DNA of 51,296 nt from a virus (lineage: Duplodnaviria > Caudoviricetes). Each line of letters starts with the position of its first letter. Position 1 is the stretch's first letter. The notes below the pieces were generated by a model. It was not told the DNA's origin, made no database searches, and worked only from the letters and a program-made list of their open reading frames with translations. A program made the position numbers and the translations under genes. Below, piece after piece: positions 47,135-51,296 of the stretch. The DNA lies in IMG/VR virus record IMGVR_UViG_3300026187_001451, positions 1 to 51,296 of that record, one strand, 5' to 3'.

Positions 47135-47883
47135 TGAAATTAGCGTTATTGAAAGTATGGCATGGAATACAAGCATTCGCAGTTATTGCATTTGTAGCAT
47201 TGATTCCTACAATGGCTTATGGTCTTATGATGTTATTAGGTGGATGTTCTTCTTCAGTAGGTGTGGTTCAATACCAAGCTGATTTTGAAAAGTCCGAATC
47301 ACTATACTCACTTCCACCATTTGAAGGTGAGAAGCAAATCGTTCAATTATCTAAACTAAACGTAAACAAAGAGTTATGGGATATGTTCCCAGAACTTAGA
47401 GATAAGAGAGTTGGTTTGGGTGTATCGAATCGTATCATTGAAAACTTCGAGATGACTCAGAGATTCAAATACGCAGAAGAGAAAGAAGCTATCCAAAATC
47501 AAATGTTAGATGCTTGGGAAGCTGAACTTACTGGTATGGGGAATGGTGAGACTAAACTCAAGATGGAAGGTATTGCATTACCAAAGTATATTGTATATGC
47601 TGAAATCTATGATTTTGCAGTATCGTATGGTGAGACTTACAACAAAGGTAAGGTTCAGAAAACCAACACTACAATTATGGGTATCCAAATTAGAATGGTA
47701 AACGTAGACAACTCTCAGTATATTGTTGCAAGTGGTCAAGGTACTGCTACACAAGTAGGTGAGGGTTTCTTTAAGAATCCACAAATGGGATTTGACCAAT
47801 CTACTACTGGTATTGCTACCCAAAGAGCGTTGGAGGTTGCTACGGTGAACCTTGTGAAACGTATGGAAGCATATGGATGGTAA
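47134..47883 (+). CDS. CsgG/HfaB-like lipoprotein
   Basis: Lipobox LLGGC; GLGVSN.IIE...T.RF..AE, YIVYAEIYDF, IQIRMVNVDNSQ....SGQG matches the CsgG-type fold pattern. Confidence 0.7.
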   Translation: MKLALLKVWHGIQAFAVIAFVALIPTMAYGLMMLLGGCSSSVGVVQYQADFEKSESLYSLPPFEGEKQIVQLSKLNVNKELWDMFPELRDKRVGLGVSNRIIENFEMTQRFKYAEEKEAIQNQMLDAWEAELTGMGNGETKLKMEGIALPKYIVYAEIYDFAVSYGETYNKGKVQKTNTTIMGIQIRMVNVDNSQYIVASGQGTATQVGEGFFKNPQMGFDQSTTGIATQRALEVATVNLVKRMEAYGW

Positions 47884-49414
47884 GAAATGGTTAATAGTAT
47901 TATTACTACTTATAGGGTTTAAGTCATTTGGACAATCGTTCCAATACACTTATGTTGACCCTTGTACTGGTGTTCCTAATACTGTAACAATTTCTCAACC
48001 ATCAGGTTCAGTAACTTTATTCTACGCAGGACAATATCAAGTCTTTACAGCGACTCAACTTCAAGCCGGTGGGTATGAGGCTTGGGTCGCTTCTATTAAT
48101 GCAACAACTCCACCTGGTTCTAATCCTTGTGCTGGTAATGCTGGGGCAGTGAGTGGAACTACCGCTTCATCGGTGGGTACAAATGTAACCAATACCGTAA
48201 GTAATATCTCAGGTGCATTATCAACATTAGGTTCAACTACTGGTAGTTCTTCTACGGGTAGTGGATTGGGAATGTCTACATCAAGTGGTGGTTCATCGGG
48301 TTCATCATCTTCATCCGGCTCATCAAGTGGTGGTTCATCCGATGATAGTGGTGGTGACTCTGGTGGTGATGATACTTCAAATGATAGTGGTGGTTCATCA
48401 AGTGGTGGTGATTCTGGTAGTGGTAACACTGGTGGGGATACTGGAGGTGGAGACACTGGGGGTGGTAACACTGGTGGTGATACTGGTGGTGGGTCATCTG
48501 GTGGTGGAGACACAGGTGGTGGGTCATCTGGTGGAAGTGGTGGTGGAGACACAGGTGGTGGTTCTACTGGAACTGGAGGTGGTTCAACCGAAGGTGGTCA
48601 AGGTGCTGATAGTGGGACTGGTACATCAGGTGATGGTGATGGTTCATCAGGTGGTGGTGCTATTGGTGATAAAGATATAGATGCTGAATCGGGTGGGCAA
48701 TCAAGTGACTCCGATTCAGATGACTCTGGTGGTAGTGGTAGTGGTGGAAAGAAAAAGAAGAATGGTCCACGTGCACGTAAAGGGTCACTCATAGCATCGG
48801 GTGATATGGTAATCGTTCGTAATGGGTCAGACTACAAACAAGGTGGTAACGATAACTTCAAACTCAATATGGGTATGACCTATGCTAATACGAAACAAAC
48901 ACTAACGGCAGGTGGGTTACTCAATTACACTTCAGGGCAAAACGAGATATCACTAACTGGGTATGGGTCTTGGAAAATAGAAGAGTCTATGTTAGTTGCA
49001 TCAAACTCATTCTTATATAACATCAAACAAGAAACGTGGTTCAACACGGGTAACTTTATGTATGCTTATAAACAAACGAGTTATATGACTGTGTTGTTTG
49101 GTACAAACTTCTCAGTAGGTAGAATGGGTGAAGAGGACTTTAGTAATTGGGCTGCAAATGTTGGGGTATTTACTACTTTTAATGGGTATAGGGGTATATC
49201 TATTAATGTAATGGGTATTGGTATGTACTCACCTTACACATTCTTCTATGAAGGTCAATGGTTCAAGGGTGGGTTTTTATTAGTACCATTAACAAGTGTC
49301 GACCTTAAAGTCACGGATACATTTAAATTAAACATATCAACGAGTACTGTTATGTTACAAGGGCAAGGTATTCTAAACTTCCAGTTGATGACTGGTGGTA
49401 AAATGTTATTATGA
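47873..49414 (+). CDS. Exported Gly/Ser-rich protein with predicted C-terminal outer-membrane beta-barrel
   Basis: Signal peptide ...KSFG|Q, a Cys pair, ~170 aa of G/S/D/T repeats, a basic patch, then ~200 aa of alternating amphipathic strands. Confidence 0.7.
   Translation: MDGKKWLIVLLLLIGFKSFGQSFQYTYVDPCTGVPNTVTISQPSGSVTLFYAGQYQVFTATQLQAGGYEAWVASINATTPPGSNPCAGNAGAVSGTTASSVGTNVTNTVSNISGALSTLGSTTGSSSTGSGLGMSTSSGGSSGSSSSSGSSSGGSSDDSGGDSGGDDTSNDSGGSSSGGDSGSGNTGGDTGGGDTGGGNTGGDTGGGSSGGGDTGGGSSGGSGGGDTGGGSTGTGGGSTEGGQGADSGTGTSGDGDGSSGGGAIGDKDIDAESGGQSSDSDSDDSGGSGSGGKKKKNGPRARKGSLIASGDMVIVRNGSDYKQGGNDNFKLNMGMTYANTKQTLTAGGLLNYTSGQNEISLTGYGSWKIEESMLVASNSFLYNIKQETWFNTGNFMYAYKQTSYMTVLFGTNFSVGRMGEEDFSNWAANVGVFTTFNGYRGISINVMGIGMYSPYTFFYEGQWFKGGFLLVPLTSVDLKVTDTFKLNISTSTVMLQGQGILNFQLMTGGKMLL
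48240..48747 (+). repeat. Coding low-complexity repeat (GGDTGGG / GGSS units)
   Basis: GGT-rich; GGTGGTGGAGACACAGGTGGTGG occurs at 48500 and 48539. Confidence 0.9.
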
Positions 49415-50586
49415 TAAAGTATTTAATTTACATATTATTATTCCCAATCGGAGTGATGGCTCAAAGTATATCATTTGCCACAATCGGATTACAAGATTTG
49501 AGTGGTATTAAGGTAACGGTTATACACAATCAACCTGGTGGAACACTTGGTTCAATATCACAAGTCAGTAGTGGTATTCCTGCTGATAGAGGTCAAGGTA
49601 CATCTACAATATTCTCATCTACAAACTCAGACCAAGGTTCAGTTGTAATAAACTTCCCAAGTGGGTATGAACCTGAGATTGGTGGGGTATCGTATTCGAG
49701 TGGTAAACTACACGCTAATGCTTGGATGGCATTCCCAAATACAACTTACAATAGTTACGCAAGTTCAGCATCAGCACCTAACGTACCAACTCTACACTTT
49801 ACCTCAGTTAATAATGGTTATACTGACAACAATATGTCTCACGTTTCTACTGAAACTTACAACGACCCATCATTGGGTGATGTATTCAGAATTAGATATG
49901 AGGGGAGTTATAAATATAATGTTCAAGGAATCAATACTAAAATTGATATATACATACCTAAGAATAGTCTAAATTCAATATTGGTAGTATTACGAACATT
50001 TCTTGCTGATGGGTCAAACCAAGAACAAATAGGACTATCGGATGGGTCATCTTGGATTACATCTAACATTATATCATCAACCACCTATTCAAGTGGGCAG
50101 GCTTGGGTAATTGAAAACAACGTTCAAGTTGGTGTGAGTGATACATTACCTACTCAAACAACTGGTCCAACTGGGATGTTGACATTTAATAATCCTAACA
50201 ACTACAAATACGATGTAATAGTAGATGCTTCTAACTTCGAGAGTTATATTACTAAGGATGATTTAAACTTTCTAATGTATAAACGTATGTTTCCAAGTAG
50301 TTTATCCTCGTGGGATTTTCACATAGTAGATTTTGATGGTGATGAATTAGTGGGATACCAAGATGTTAAAGAGATTTGGTGGCATTACGATAGTGGTAAT
50401 CCAATCTCAGAAAACGCAATATACAATCAGAGTGAGAAAGATGATATTGAAGTAAATGCTAACTCATTCAACTATCACAAGAAATACCCACGAAGTGATA
50501 TACGAAAATTTACTGATATAAACAGATTCTATATAGTTACATTAGGTAAGTTTAGACAATTAACACCAAACAAGGAGATTAAATAA
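49411..50586 (+). CDS. Secreted beta-rich protein with dockerin/EF-hand-like motif
   Basis: Signal peptide ...GVMA|Q; ITKDDL..L followed by DFDGDELVGYQDV, the same arrangement as LSITDA...GDINEDSNISISDA in 44821. Confidence 0.6.
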   Translation: MIKYLIYILLFPIGVMAQSISFATIGLQDLSGIKVTVIHNQPGGTLGSISQVSSGIPADRGQGTSTIFSSTNSDQGSVVINFPSGYEPEIGGVSYSSGKLHANAWMAFPNTTYNSYASSASAPNVPTLHFTSVNNGYTDNNMSHVSTETYNDPSLGDVFRIRYEGSYKYNVQGINTKIDIYIPKNSLNSILVVLRTFLADGSNQEQIGLSDGSSWITSNIISSTTYSSGQAWVIENNVQVGVSDTLPTQTTGPTGMLTFNNPNNYKYDVIVDASNFESYITKDDLNFLMYKRMFPSSLSSWDFHIVDFDGDELVGYQDVKEIWWHYDSGNPISENAIYNQSEKDDIEVNANSFNYHKKYPRSDIRKFTDINRFYIVTLGKFRQLTPNKEIK

Positions 50587-50984
50587 TGAATACAATACTA
50601 TGTTATTTCGTGTCGAGTGTAATATCACTCGCATCATTAGGTGGATTAAGTGAAGATAAATTCACATTTGGGGTAAGACAAATCGTAGAAGAGGTAGTTG
50701 CTCAATCAGCACCTCTATGTGATGATGGGTCACCTATCAACGTTACAGTTGAGTCAATCAAAGCACCAACCAAAGGTATCCAAATCGGACCATTTAAAAT
50801 CAAACAAAAGAAGACCACTGTAACCGTGGTGATTGTTAAAGATGGGGTTGAGTATCGTGGTAGTGGTGATGCTAAGATGAAGACCAAAGCAATGATGGTT
50901 CAGTTGCAAGATGAAAATCTACCATTCGAACAAACTGAATTCTCAATTGCAGTGAAAAAAGCGATTATTGATGCTTTAGACTAA
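50586..50984 (+). CDS. Hypothetical protein, possibly a small CsgG-like domain
   Basis: FGVRQIVEE...F.QT.FSIAVKKAI parallels LGVSNRIIE...FDQSTTGIATQRAL of 47134. Confidence 0.55.
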   Translation: MNTILCYFVSSVISLASLGGLSEDKFTFGVRQIVEEVVAQSAPLCDDGSPINVTVESIKAPTKGIQIGPFKIKQKKTTVTVVIVKDGVEYRGSGDAKMKTKAMMVQLQDENLPFEQTEFSIAVKKAIIDALD

Positions 50985-50992
50985 TACTTATA
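50985..50992 (+). promoter_or_regulatory. Putative late promoter TACTTATA
   Basis: Immediately after the stop codon, upstream of AGGAG and ATG 51008. Confidence 0.5.
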
Positions 50993-51007
50993 TAAAAGGA
51001 GTTCTAT

Positions 51008-51295
51008 ATGAAACTATCAGATATATTGGAATTAAAGTCAATGGGTTACTCGGAAGAGATTGACCCTAAGCACCTCAAACAAATGAAAGAAACCCCATCA
51101 ATGTTGAAAGACTTTGAGTGGAAACAATTTGCAGGTCAACCTCCATATGGTAATGATAATTCTAAAACAAAGATGGAGTTACACCAATTGGCAAAACTTC
51201 CAATGGATAAATCATTTGTTGAAGAGATGGATGATGTATCTAAAGTATTCAAAGAATATTGTGATACGGTTGATATAGACTTTCCAAAGGGATTG
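51008..51295 (+). CDS. 3'-partial protein, possibly PAP2-like phosphatase
   Basis: MKLSDILELK...PPYGNDNSKTKMELHQL; open to the window end. The PP.ND..T..EL pattern typically precedes PAP2 domains, but no catalytic motif is visible here. Confidence 0.45.
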   Translation, partial: MKLSDILELKSMGYSEEIDPKHLKQMKETPSMLKDFEWKQFAGQPPYGNDNSKTKMELHQLAKLPMDKSFVEEMDDVSKVFKEYCDTVDIDFPKGL

Positions 51296-51296
51296 G

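Noticed and set aside
48061-48792. Pro-rich and His-rich minus-strand ORFs and a Val-rich alternative + frame ORF
   Set aside because: Artefacts of the GGT-rich Gly repeat in 47873..49414.
1597-50887. All other minus-strand ORFs in the track
   Set aside because: All are short and antisense to convincing + strand genes, and every promoter-like motif found points in the + direction.
1-51296. Stop-codon reassignment
   Set aside because: Long conserved genes are intact under the standard code, and TAA, TAG and TGA all terminate genes at expected ends.
1-51296. tRNA, rRNA, integrase or transposase genes
   Set aside because: Intergenic gaps are short and none shows a cloverleaf; no recombinase or transposase motifs were recognised by eye.

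Overview
This window is a 51.3 kb segment of a large, AT-rich, T4-like (myovirus-type) bacteriophage genome; every credible gene is on the + strand. From left to right it holds: the end of a baseplate/tail module (1-3849); four small early-type genes; a short family A polymerase-like gene; a probable nuclease-fold protein; and a T4-style replication block (SSB, UvsX/RecA, RNase H, helicase, NrdB/NrdA, thioredoxin, family B polymerase, sliding clamp, clamp loader). The replication block is interleaved with predicted DNA-modification genes (TET-associated-type glycosyltransferase, ABC-ATPase-GNAT fusion, MazG-like and Nmad1-like proteins, UDP-galactopyranose mutase). Next come a ~14 kb glycosylation/nucleotide-sugar island, a lysis cassette (amidase plus holin-like gene) and a ~6 kb operon of exported proteins. 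Several independent signals point to a Bacteroidota host: twelve TTTG-N19/20-TATATT promoters, signal peptides followed by Gln, a T9SS C-terminal domain, an Hc1-like protein and a class Id-like RNR. The most unusual element is the exported-protein operon at 44821-50984. It encodes a cohesin/dockerin-like T9SS cargo, a CsgG-like lipoprotein, a Gly/Ser-rich beta-barrel protein and a second dockerin-like protein, which together look like a phage-built host-surface structure. Other highlights are Pho-box-like TTAACA-N5-TTAACA repeats at three promoters, a GC-rich three-way-junction RNA candidate between nrdA and trx, and a putative TA(C/T)TTATA late promoter. All product calls come from recognising motifs by eye; no database searches were run.
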